Shown: positions 17,442-26,731, numbered from the stretch's first letter. The stretch is DNA of 64,000 nucleotides from Ruminococcus sp. (GCF_024692365.1 NZ_JAILMR010000007.1:121-64120), one strand, 5' to 3'. Translations and numbers: made by a program. The notes: a model not told the origin generated them from the sequence alone.

Positions 17442-17924
17442 TCATAAGCTATGAAAGCCCGAGGGTGTAATAGCTGCGACGGCTATTCCGATAACAGAAT
17501 TCCTGTGCAGATACCCTACCATGTGCGAACGGCTGTCAACGGAATCGGCTCTGTTATCGCCCATAACGAAGATACAGCCCTTCGGCACAGTCAGCGACAG
17601 CGGAACATCGGGTGTGAGTTTTCCGCAAAGATAGGGTTCATCGAGTTTCACACCGTTCAGCCGAACTTCACCTGTGTTTTCAATGCGGATATCATCGCCC
17701 TGCATGGCTATTATACGCTTGACCATAACGACATCTCCGCGGCGGATAAGGGCTATTTTCCGTTTTTCAGGACGTTTGCACCTTACGCACACCACCAGGT
17801 CGCCATGATGCAAAGTCGGTGTCATACTGTTTCCCGCGACCCTGTACACTTTCAGCACAGCCGTTGCGGCGGATGCAAGTGTCACGACAACGCCCGCCGA
17901 CAGCAGTGCCTTATTCTTCCACAT
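17442..17924 (-). CDS. lepB: Signal peptidase I (S26 family)
   Basis: 160 aa with an N-terminal TM helix, the GNSMTPTL serine motif, the KRIIA lysine motif and GDNRADSVDSR. The start codon lies 14 nt inside the 3' end of the upstream giant gene. Confidence 0.88.
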   Translation of the reverse strand: MWKNKALLSAGVVVTLASAATAVLKVYRVAGNSMTPTLHHGDLVVCVRCKRPEKRKIALIRRGDVVMVKRIIAMQGDDIRIENTGEVRLNGVKLDEPYLCGKLTPDVPLSLTVPKGCIFVMGDNRADSVDSRSHMVGYLHRNSVIGIAVAAITPSGFHSL

Positions 17925-20900
17925 ATGTCACCTTTCCGTCCTCAGCGAAAGCTACCCTGCCACGCTGTTTTGCCGCCCTTATACCAAGGGATACAGCGAC
18001 TTCAAGTGCAGGAGTCACCCTGGTGAAACCGAACAGATGCGCCGTTTCGCGCATGAGGTCTTCACGCTGCATAGCTATCTGCCTTGAAAGTATCAGTATC
18101 AGACCGTTTCCAAGTTCCTCTGGCGGGATATCCTTGATATCACGGCGGAGTTCGGGGGCACATTTTGCACGGCACAACGCATAGCTTTCAGGGGACTGAT
18201 CATCGCGCCAGATGAATTCCGTCTCGCCCGACTTAACAGACTTGCCGCGGGATTTCTCCAACGCTATATCAAATGTGCCTTTCACAAGATTGCTCTGTCT
18301 TGCTACGCTCCAGGCAGTCATGACCCTCTTTTGCAGAACTTCCCTGCTGATGGGTGCTTCAGCATCGAGGATAGTGTTTATGCAATCAGCTATTTTATTT
18401 GTAGCCAGCTCGTTGAATTCCTCGGACTTGCCCTGAACAGGCGGTATGAAAGGCACATACTCCTCGCACTCATCAGCCAGTGCCGATTGTTCCTCACGTT
18501 CAAAAACCAGAGGTTCAGCCTTTTTAGGCGGTTCCTCCTCAACAAGTGCAGGAGTGTTCTTGGCTTCTATTGCCTCATTTATCGCAGTTATCACCGAGGC
18601 TATGCACTTGTTCTTGTCGGTGAGCCAGTCGAGGATATAAACGTTCATGACGTTCCAGCCAAGACCTTTCAGCACCGCAGGCTGAGAAACTGTGCGGTCA
18701 TAGGCTGTGCCATTCTCGTAGTATTTTCTGCCGCAGCAGTTTATTCCGAGGATATAGGTGTTCTCGTCATCGGGGGCGGCAACTGCCACATCTACCTTGT
18801 AATCCGAACAGCCCACACTGCACTTGACCTTGAAGCCACGCTGTTCAAGTTCGGCAGCCACAAGCTTTTCAAAGCCCGTGCCAAGACTTCCACTGCCCGC
18901 ACGTACAGGAAGTGCAGACCTGCCCTTTGCGGCAAACTCAAGGAAGCCTTTCAGACCGTCAACACCCTCGGAACGTGTACGTGAAAGATCGATCATCTCG
19001 GAGCGAATAACAGAATATACCACCATTTTCTCCCTTGCACGGGATATTGCAACGTTCAGTCTGCGCCAGCCGCCGTCTCGGTTCAGAGGACCGAAGTTCA
19101 TGCTGACCTTGCCCTCCTTATCAGGGCCGTAGCCGATGGAAAACAGTATTACATCACGCTCATCGCCCTGAACATTTTCAAGGTTCTTGATGAGTATAGG
19201 CTCATACATCATGTTTGCGATCTCTTCAAGCTGAGGTTCTGCGCGGAAAGCATCCGCCAGGACATCTTCCACCAGATTCTGCTGCGGCAAACTGAATGTT
19301 ACCACGCCAATGGAATGTTTTACCAGCTGGGGATTACGCAAACGGCGGCATATCTCGGCAACCACCGCTTCCGCTTCGGCACGGTTTGTCTTGGTGCTTC
19401 CCTTGTCGTAGAAGCCCTCGACATTCACCCAGCTGACCTCGCTGACCTGATCATCGGGCGAGGGGAAAGTATACAGCTTGTTTTCATAGTATTTTGAATT
19501 GCTGTACGCAATAAGGCTCTCGTGGCGTGAACGGTAGTGCCACAGCAGATGTTTCTGAGGCATGGAGAGTGCAAGACAGTCATCCAGCACGCTTTCAAGG
19601 TCTTCCTTATCATAATTTTCCTCGTCCACCTGATTGGAGGAGAAGAAGCTTGTAGGCGGCATCTGCTTGGGGTCACCCACGACTATCACATTCTCGCCGC
19701 GTGCGATAGCACCAACCGCCTCGCAGGTGGGCAGCTGAGAAGCCTCATCGAATATGACAAGGTCGAACTTAGGATAAGACGGGTCGATATACTGTGCCAC
19801 AGATATTGGCGACATCAGCATTACAGGGCATATCCTGCGCAGAAGATTAGGTATGCTGTCAAAGAGTTTGCGTATGCTCATCATGCGCCCGCCGCTCTTG
19901 ATAGCACGCTGGAGTATACCAAGTTCACTGCTTTTAGCACCTTCGCCGGGCGCAGGAACTTTCGCTGAAAGCTCTGCCGCCAACTGCTGTATAGTCAGCT
20001 TTTTGAAACTCTCATGGGCATCATTAAGGCGGCGCACAGTGTCCTCAAAGAGCGTGCCGGTAAATCCCGACAGAGCCTTGCTGTTTCTGACAGTAAGGCT
20101 AACTTCAGCTTTTGCTACTGCGCAGTCAAAAGCGGGAACAAGCTCACTGCTGTCCACTTTTCCACCCAGATATGCTTCGGCTATATTTGCGGCCCCTGCC
20201 TTATCCAGCTTTTCACAGAAACTCATGAGCACCGACCAGTCTTTCAGGCGGGGCATTTCTGTCGTAAGCGCAGAGATACGTCCGCGGGCATCGTTTACTG
20301 TGCCCTGTGTCAGAAGATTTGTGTCTGTCTTGTAAGTGCTTTCAAGCTCGTTCAGCACTTTTGACAGATTTTCACCATTATATTCAGGCATACTGCTATC
20401 GCCCAGTTTAGCGGCAACAGATGTTTTCTGTGCGGCATCGAGGGGAGCGGCACTAAGCTTTTCGCGTAAAGCTACGGATTTTTTGAGAGAATCTGCCAGT
20501 GTACCATACTGCGAGCCCTCGCCCTGCCAGAGTGCGCCGAAAATCTCCTGCGCCGCTGACTGAGAGTTATCAAGCTCGGTTTTCAGCTGTGAAGCCCTCA
20601 CAAGCCTGGTGTAGTGTTCTGTTATATTTTCCTTGGTGACAGCACCCGTATTCTTAGCGTGGGAGGCAAGTTCCTTTACCAGCTTTTTACTGCCAAAATG
20701 CTTGGGTATAAACCACTTTGCCTGAACGGTCTTCCATTCGGTCTGGGCTTTTGCCGCATCGTAGCCGAATACGGTGTCTTCAAAATCCTTAGCTATATCG
20801 GCTTTACAGCTTTGCAGTTCTTTCAGCGAAGCCATGGTCTTATCTATCGTGGGTGCCAGCATATCCCAGCGGTTACCTGTCAGCACCATTGGAAGCACGA

Positions 20901-23652
20901 AGCCTTTCACGCTTTTCGCGGCAGAACATATATCTGCAAGGCTCATCAGCTGTGCCAAAGTCGGCTCGTCTATGCCCGCAATGGCTGAAACACCGCTCTG
21001 TTCGAGCTTTGCAAGCTCATCGCTAAGTTCATCGAGCTTTGCGCGGTACTCATCGCCTGTAGTAAGTCCGCACTCGGTCAGGCGGCAGAATTTCAGAGGA
21101 GTATCCCCTATCGTGCCAAACTGTCTGCCGAGATTGGCAAGACTTTCTGCCAGTTCTTTCCATACGGTATAGGTATCGGGTGTCATGGCATTTATCTGTT
21201 CATCACTGAAAGCAAGCTTGCCGTCAAAAGCACGGTTCTGCTCATATCTTACAGCCGCATCGTACATGGATATGCCGAAGTTGCGCGGCTTGTGTATCTC
21301 GTCCATAACGCCGTTCAATTCAGCACGCAGGGCTTTCAGCTTATCCGCCTGTGCCTGATAGTCGGCGGGCTTTTTTATCTTACCCACATTGAGCGTCTCG
21401 TTCAGCTGGTCGAGAACGGCACGCTTCTGCGCTTTGTTTGAATGAAGCTCGATACAGAATGGTCCCAGACCTATCTTTGCAAGACGCTTCTCAACTACCG
21501 ACAGAGCCGCCATCTTTTCTGCGACGAAAAGCACTGAACGTCCGTGATACAGGGCGTTGGCTATCATATTGGTTATGGTCTGGGATTTGCCCGTTCCGGG
21601 AGGTCCGTGAAGCACAAAACTCTCGCCCTGACCAGAAGCCACCACTGCCGCAAGCTGAGAAAAATCCGCCGCCACAGGCACAGCAAGGTCTGCGGGTGCG
21701 ATATCGTCCAGATCATTAGGCGACACCGTGATATCGCTGCCCTCCCACTCTGTCTTGCCAGAGATAAGGCTTGCAACGACCTTATTCTGCGCCAGTTCGT
21801 CAGCACGGTTGCGGATATCGTTCCACATTATGAACCTGTTGAAGCTGAACTGTCCGATGAATGCATATTCGTCGATATCCCACCTGTTGCGGGACATAAC
21901 ACCCTTGCGAACAGTGCTTAGGATCAGCGGTACGTCAACACCATGCTCGTCCTCGGGAACAGGATCGAGCCCCTTGATATCTATACCAAAGGACTGCCTG
22001 AGCATTTCAAGCAGGGTGATATTAACCTGTGTGTCCTCATCACGAACACGTATCGAAAAGCTCTTGTCCTGTACCTTTTTAATAATATCGATGGGCACCA
22101 GCACCAGAGGGGCATAACGCGGGCGTTCGCTCTTGTCAGTTTCGTACCAACGCAGGAATCCCAGCGCCAGATAAACGGTATTTACGCCGTTTTCCTCCAT
22201 GCTGACCTTCGCCATGCGGTGTATCTTCTTCATGGTCTTTTCAAGTTCGGCTTCGGTAAGGAAAGTGCGCAGACGCTTTGAGCGGAATTCTCCCGCTGCT
22301 ATCTCGGATATCTTCTCGCGCTGAGTTTCCGTCTCATATATCTTGCTTTCCGCCATCTCCATTTTAAAATCAGCGGGCACGGGCATTATCTTGAAAGTCT
22401 CATCAGCGGCTATCTCGTCCTCAAGTGAAGCTATGCTGTCCACCATAAGCTGAACATTTGATGAAGTCGGGCGGAAATTAAGCAGACTGTTTCTCAGGCT
22501 GAGGTCGAGAAGCTTCCTCTCCCAGACCATCTGCTTTGTGACCTCCCTCGGCTGTCCGTTAGCCGCCGTGTCAAAAGCTATTTCTCCCGCCGAACCGTGA
22601 ACTCTTTCAGGCAGACCATAGTCTTCTGCCTTGAAAGTGCCGTTTTCATCAAATACACGGGACGGCAAAGGCTTTATGCCGGCGGCACGGGTTCGTTCGA
22701 TATCGACAGCAAAGCAGAAATCTGCCGCCTTAACCAGAGTATCAGCCGCGTGTACAGCCGAAGCTTCAGCATCGTTACCTGTACAAATATCGGCACACTC
22801 GATGAGCGATATCTCGTCCACACCGCTCGCCATGCGCTTTGTAAGCGCGGTGATATCGTATTGAAGGCTATCGGGGAAAGTATCTTCTTCCAGCCAACAG
22901 CCCGCCATAGCGTGAGTTGAAGTCATCACAAGCAGGCTGTTCAGACCTGCGGCTTCAAGGCACGAACAGAACAGCACCGCAAGGTCAAGGCAACTGCCAC
23001 TCTTCTGCGCAAGCACGTTTTCGGGCAGTACGACCTTATTCGACTTATCAAATCCCGCCGCCGCAGTGCAGGTGATATTCTCCTGTGCCAGCGCGGTATA
23101 TATAGCATTTATCTGCTGTTTTACGATATGGGGATTGCAGCTCTGATATCCGGTAAAACCGCTTTCTCCGCAGTTCTGCGTAAGGATAGTCTCCGCCTTT
23201 GAGAGAACCTCACGTACAGCAGGGTGATTCGGTGTTATGAACGCAGCTGCCATTTCGGGCATGAAGTTCACACCTGTCCAGGTATCGTATGCAAGAAGTT
23301 CCAGCTGCTTCACCTCTCTGCCGAGTATCTCCTCGCCATCATCGGTGCGGGTAACGGCTTCAATGCGGACATATCCCTCGGTATTCTCGTTGAGTGCCAG
23401 AAAAAACTCGGGACGCACAACTGCATCTATCGGGGATATCTCAGCAGGAACATTGGGTTCAAGATCTATCGCAGTGGATTCATAATCCTCTGCAAAATCG
23501 GGGTCAAACGCAAGTCTCAGAAATACGTTTTTAAGCGTTCTGTCCGAGGTATTAGTCATAACTATACTGCGTATAACAGGCACAGAACTACGCTGCATCG
23601 CATAATTTATATGCGCAGTCATAGCCGCGCTGAAAGTAACTAGCTTTTCCAT
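17911..23652 (-). CDS. Giant multidomain SF1 (Upf1/Mov10-like) helicase: transglutaminase-like N-domain + DUF4011-like region + AAA_11/AAA_12 helicase + Vsr/DUF559-like endonuclease fold + DUF3320-like C-terminus
   Basis: About 1913 codons from ATG 23652 (RBS AAAGGAGAG). Motifs read in the translation: SGSCLDLAVLF...THAMAGCWLEED; LLDLSLRNSLLNFR; GPPGTGKSQT; VIFDEASQL; VGDPKQMPPT; WHYRSRHESL; VQGDERD; NVAISRAREK; DYKVDVAV...LGINCCG...LGWNVMNVYILDW; and a C-terminal tail of DUF3320 character. Confidence 0.85.
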   Translation of the reverse strand: MEKLVTFSAAMTAHINYAMQRSSVPVIRSIVMTNTSDRTLKNVFLRLAFDPDFAEDYESTAIDLEPNVPAEISPIDAVVRPEFFLALNENTEGYVRIEAVTRTDDGEEILGREVKQLELLAYDTWTGVNFMPEMAAAFITPNHPAVREVLSKAETILTQNCGESGFTGYQSCNPHIVKQQINAIYTALAQENITCTAAAGFDKSNKVVLPENVLAQKSGSCLDLAVLFCSCLEAAGLNSLLVMTSTHAMAGCWLEEDTFPDSLQYDITALTKRMASGVDEISLIECADICTGNDAEASAVHAADTLVKAADFCFAVDIERTRAAGIKPLPSRVFDENGTFKAEDYGLPERVHGSAGEIAFDTAANGQPREVTKQMVWERKLLDLSLRNSLLNFRPTSSNVQLMVDSIASLEDEIAADETFKIMPVPADFKMEMAESKIYETETQREKISEIAAGEFRSKRLRTFLTEAELEKTMKKIHRMAKVSMEENGVNTVYLALGFLRWYETDKSERPRYAPLVLVPIDIIKKVQDKSFSIRVRDEDTQVNITLLEMLRQSFGIDIKGLDPVPEDEHGVDVPLILSTVRKGVMSRNRWDIDEYAFIGQFSFNRFIMWNDIRNRADELAQNKVVASLISGKTEWEGSDITVSPNDLDDIAPADLAVPVAADFSQLAAVVASGQGESFVLHGPPGTGKSQTITNMIANALYHGRSVLFVAEKMAALSVVEKRLAKIGLGPFCIELHSNKAQKRAVLDQLNETLNVGKIKKPADYQAQADKLKALRAELNGVMDEIHKPRNFGISMYDAAVRYEQNRAFDGKLAFSDEQINAMTPDTYTVWKELAESLANLGRQFGTIGDTPLKFCRLTECGLTTGDEYRAKLDELSDELAKLEQSGVSAIAGIDEPTLAQLMSLADICSAAKSVKGFVLPMVLTGNRWDMLAPTIDKTMASLKELQSCKADIAKDFEDTVFGYDAAKAQTEWKTVQAKWFIPKHFGSKKLVKELASHAKNTGAVTKENITEHYTRLVRASQLKTELDNSQSAAQEIFGALWQGEGSQYGTLADSLKKSVALREKLSAAPLDAAQKTSVAAKLGDSSMPEYNGENLSKVLNELESTYKTDTNLLTQGTVNDARGRISALTTEMPRLKDWSVLMSFCEKLDKAGAANIAEAYLGGKVDSSELVPAFDCAVAKAEVSLTVRNSKALSGFTGTLFEDTVRRLNDAHESFKKLTIQQLAAELSAKVPAPGEGAKSSELGILQRAIKSGGRMMSIRKLFDSIPNLLRRICPVMLMSPISVAQYIDPSYPKFDLVIFDEASQLPTCEAVGAIARGENVIVVGDPKQMPPTSFFSSNQVDEENYDKEDLESVLDDCLALSMPQKHLLWHYRSRHESLIAYSNSKYYENKLYTFPSPDDQVSEVSWVNVEGFYDKGSTKTNRAEAEAVVAEICRRLRNPQLVKHSIGVVTFSLPQQNLVEDVLADAFRAEPQLEEIANMMYEPILIKNLENVQGDERDVILFSIGYGPDKEGKVSMNFGPLNRDGGWRRLNVAISRAREKMVVYSVIRSEMIDLSRTRSEGVDGLKGFLEFAAKGRSALPVRAGSGSLGTGFEKLVAAELEQRGFKVKCSVGCSDYKVDVAVAAPDDENTYILGINCCGRKYYENGTAYDRTVSQPAVLKGLGWNVMNVYILDWLTDKNKCIASVITAINEAIEAKNTPALVEEEPPKKAEPLVFEREEQSALADECEEYVPFIPPVQGKSEEFNELATNKIADCINTILDAEAPISREVLQKRVMTAWSVARQSNLVKGTFDIALEKSRGKSVKSGETEFIWRDDQSPESYALCRAKCAPELRRDIKDIPPEELGNGLILILSRQIAMQREDLMRETAHLFGFTRVTPALEVAVSLGIRAAKQRGRVAFAEDGKVTYVEE

Positions 23653-23665
23653 AAAGCTCTCCTTT

Positions 23666-23720
23666 CGGTCGGTCAAAAATTTCCACAACTCAGAATATTA
23701 GTAAAAAATGGAACCGACCG
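23666..23720 (-). promoter_or_regulatory. 5'-UTR stem-loop next to the RBS of the giant helicase gene
   Basis: An 8-bp stem ACGGTCGGT.../...ACCGACCG (23720-23713 pairs with 23673-23666). The proximal arm ends 2 nt from the AAGGAG RBS. Confidence 0.4.
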
Positions 23721-23743
23721 TAAAATGTTTATACTTAGTTAAT

Positions 23744-23772
23744 ATTATACCACTGCTTTTGTGAAATGTCAA
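23744..23772 (-). promoter_or_regulatory. Consensus promoter of the giant helicase gene (TTGACA-17-TGgTATAAT)
   Basis: The minus strand reads TTGACA (23772-23767), a 17-nt spacer, then TATAAT (23749-23744) with an extended -10 TG. Confidence 0.65.
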
Positions 23773-23805
23773 CGATTTACATACAATAAAATACGTACAA
23801 TAAAA

Positions 23806-23843
23806 CAAAAAGACACTTCTGCCTTTTCACTGACAAAAGTGCC
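23806..23843 (-). terminator. Terminator of the binding-protein/diguanylate cyclase pair
   Basis: The minus strand reads GGCACTT...AAGTGTC followed by TTTTTGTTTT. Confidence 0.6.
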
Positions 23844-23852
23844 TCTAAATAT

Positions 23853-25361
23853 TTATTTTTCTGATTTGCTTATCTTGCCATCATACCAACCATAGCCGTC
23901 TCTTCCGCGCTCTTTAACCTTGTAAAGCGCTCTGTCAGCACAAGCTTTGAGTTTCACAAAATCCCTTGCATCATGGGGACAAAACGCACCGCCGCAGCTA
24001 CAGCTGACGCTGTAATCGTCGCCCTCCTTGCGGGTGATTGGCTTGATGTCATGTACCCTGCGTTTCAGGTCGCTGACTTTTGATTCTATCTTCAATCTGT
24101 CCGCACTCTTTATAAATACGAGGAATTCATCACCGCCGTAACGGGAGATAAGCCCCATATCACCGAAAAGTTCTTTCAGCAGTGCCGCAAACTCAATAAG
24201 CACCTTATCGCCTGCGTCATGACCATAGCGGTCGTTCACCTGCTTGAAGTAATCCACATCGATGAACAGTACCGTACATTCGGCTTTCAGCGCATTCTGG
24301 AAATAATTGTGTGCCGCAACGTCCAGTGCCCTTCTGTTCATAACATGGGTGAGAGGGTCGTGAATCGAGAGATTTTTGAGTATTTCCCTGTCGGCAACAT
24401 CGCGCCTGTGTGTCAGCAGGAACATCACAGCCGTCGCGCACAGCAAAGTCAGGATATAAAGAATAACTATGCCCCTGAACTTCTCCATCGCCGAAGACAT
24501 TGCGCTGTTGGGTATCCTTACAACCACGTTCCAGCCGTGCATGAAATCGATGTTCGCATACACCTGTGAATAGCTGATATCGCCTATCCTGTATACAACG
24601 CCCGCCGAACGCTCTCCGTTGACCATGGACTTCATCCACTCGCTGTACTTGCCGATATCCCTGTTATCGATATTCCTCTCGAATATCAGCGTAGCGTTCG
24701 CCCAGCTGCCGCTGCCGTGCTTATCACCGCCCGAACACTGTATAACATTGTTCGATTCCGTATCCATCAGCCAAATCTCTGTTTCGTCTGCAAGAGTTTC
24801 GGTAGATGCCATGTTCTGTATCTCTTTAAGCGGATAGGTAAGGAACAGCCAGCCTTTTCTGCCCGAGTCGTATTCCATCACAGTAAAAAGTGTGATAACA
24901 GGCTCTCCTGTAAGTCCCGAACGGTAAGGCGTAGATATGGAAACAGGGTTAGCCTGACGGGCTGTATCCAGAAGTTCCCATTTTTTGAACTCAGCAAGCT
25001 GAAGCTCCGAAGCATAGACCTTTCCGTTACCGTCGATAAGTCCCATACTTACATAGCCGTCCCCCTCAAGATCTGCAAACTCGTCATAAAGCGCCTGAAG
25101 ATCGCTGTGCTGCTGTGCTGTGAGCATAGCAGACATATTCTGGGCGGAGGTCGTCATATATTTAATTGAATTGTTCATCTTTTCTGCGACAAGATCGCAG
25201 ATCTGACCCGTGAGCTTTTTATCGTGCTCCTTCATCAGTCCGTTGATCGATACTATCATCACTGCCATGCCTATCAGACAGACAACGAAATACACGATCA
25301 TCATCCTGATAAACGAACCGCTTCGTTTTAGCTCACCTGTCTCGGTGATCGTATTGTTCAT
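23853..25361 (-). CDS. Membrane-bound diguanylate cyclase (GGDEF) with an extracytoplasmic sensor domain
   Basis: 502 aa. Two TM segments flank a ~270-aa extracellular region. The C-terminus has DPLTHVMNRRA...RYGGDEF. Confidence 0.85.
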   Translation of the reverse strand: MNNTITETGELKRSGSFIRMMIVYFVVCLIGMAVMIVSINGLMKEHDKKLTGQICDLVAEKMNNSIKYMTTSAQNMSAMLTAQQHSDLQALYDEFADLEGDGYVSMGLIDGNGKVYASELQLAEFKKWELLDTARQANPVSISTPYRSGLTGEPVITLFTVMEYDSGRKGWLFLTYPLKEIQNMASTETLADETEIWLMDTESNNVIQCSGGDKHGSGSWANATLIFERNIDNRDIGKYSEWMKSMVNGERSAGVVYRIGDISYSQVYANIDFMHGWNVVVRIPNSAMSSAMEKFRGIVILYILTLLCATAVMFLLTHRRDVADREILKNLSIHDPLTHVMNRRALDVAAHNYFQNALKAECTVLFIDVDYFKQVNDRYGHDAGDKVLIEFAALLKELFGDMGLISRYGGDEFLVFIKSADRLKIESKVSDLKRRVHDIKPITRKEGDDYSVSCSCGGAFCPHDARDFVKLKACADRALYKVKERGRDGYGWYDGKISKSEK

Positions 25362-25362
25362 A

Positions 25363-26409
25363 TTATCCTCTGTTATGATCCAGCGTTTCCCTGACCTCTG
25401 GATCGTTAAGATTTTTGGAATTTACAACTATTATTCCCGTATCAACGAATTTCTGCTCCACTTCTTTGCCGTCTATCAGTTCAAGCGCTGCCCTGACACC
25501 TTCGTAAGACATATCGAACTGCTTTTGCAGAACCGATGAAGCTGTATAATCCTCAGAATATATCAGCTCGGATATCTCAGGCGAATGATCGAAGCCTACA
25601 ACAACGATATCCGTCCGCTCTTTTTCCTTTATCGTAGCCGCAAGTGAAGTCGTAGAAACGTTATCACTGCCGAACACACCTTTGATATCGGGATAATTGT
25701 TCAGCAGATCTCTTGTACATTCACAGCCCCTGTCCACATCGCCCTCGTTGAACTTTATGTCGGATATGACCGTCCAGTTATCGGGCGCATGGTTTGACCA
25801 GTACTGCAAAAATCCTGCCAGACGTTCATTTATCGTCTGGGTCGCAGTAGCGCACACCTGAACGCCTACCTGCACAGTCTCATTATCGGTGTACCCTTTT
25901 TCGTGAAGCTGATCCAGCATCTCTGCAGAAGCAAGCTGCCCTGCCATCAGGTTATCCGTCATAAAACATACATCGTAGCTGTCAGTGATGGCGATGGTAT
26001 CCACCAGCACCAGCTTTATACCCTTTGAGTAGACCTTTTCAATATCAGCCGAAAGCTTGACAGAATCATTGGGCGACAGCAGTACAGCATCAGCACCCGC
26101 TTCAGCAGCCTCTTCCATAAGTCTGCTTTGCGATTCCCAGTCGCTCTCGTTATTGCATCCACTGTAATACACATTACAGTCGAAATCTTCGCCGCCTGCC
26201 TTAGCGCCATCGACAACCACATCCCAGTAATCGCTGTTAAGGTTCTTTATAATAAGGTATATATTTTTCCTGCCCTCTTTTATCTCAGTCAGGGGAGAAA
26301 ATTCAGGTGCAGGTTCAAATTCGGTAACAGTTTCAGACTTCTTCTGTTCACAACCCGCCAAACAGAACAGCATCGCTGTACATATCACTGCTGATATGAA
26401 TTTTTTCAA
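25363..26409 (-). CDS. Sugar-binding periplasmic-binding-protein-fold lipoprotein (RbsB/LacI-type PBP)
   Basis: 348 aa with lipobox LAGCEQ and type I PBP fold content. Its stop is 1 nt from the diguanylate cyclase start. Confidence 0.75.
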   Translation of the reverse strand: MKKFISAVICTAMLFCLAGCEQKKSETVTEFEPAPEFSPLTEIKEGRKNIYLIIKNLNSDYWDVVVDGAKAGGEDFDCNVYYSGCNNESDWESQSRLMEEAAEAGADAVLLSPNDSVKLSADIEKVYSKGIKLVLVDTIAITDSYDVCFMTDNLMAGQLASAEMLDQLHEKGYTDNETVQVGVQVCATATQTINERLAGFLQYWSNHAPDNWTVISDIKFNEGDVDRGCECTRDLLNNYPDIKGVFGSDNVSTTSLAATIKEKERTDIVVVGFDHSPEISELIYSEDYTASSVLQKQFDMSYEGVRAALELIDGKEVEQKFVDTGIIVVNSKNLNDPEVRETLDHNRG

Positions 26410-26731
26410 AGTCTGTCACCTCCCGCCATTCAAATGACCTAAGAAAATCATTAATTACCAATTAACATTATATCACACTTTTTTCTGATATACAATAGTC
26501 GTTTCAACCAAATTAATATATTTTCTTTTTTAGTTTAAAATTTTCATCAAAAACAATCGTTTTCGTTGCCATTCCACCCAGATATTTCCAGTGGCAAAAG
26601 AATAGTATTGTTAATTGATTATTCATTTTATGTAATATTTTATACACAAAAATATGATAGACTATATTAGCTATGTAGTCAATGACATATCATGTAACCT
26701 GCTTATCTGGTTTTAAAAAGGGATAGATCAA

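Noticed and set aside
26410-26731. c-di-AMP (ydaO-type) riboswitch upstream of the Trk/Ktr genes
   Set aside because: The region is very AT-rich and lacks the GC-rich conserved helices and ACGGGG/CCCGA-type motifs of that class.
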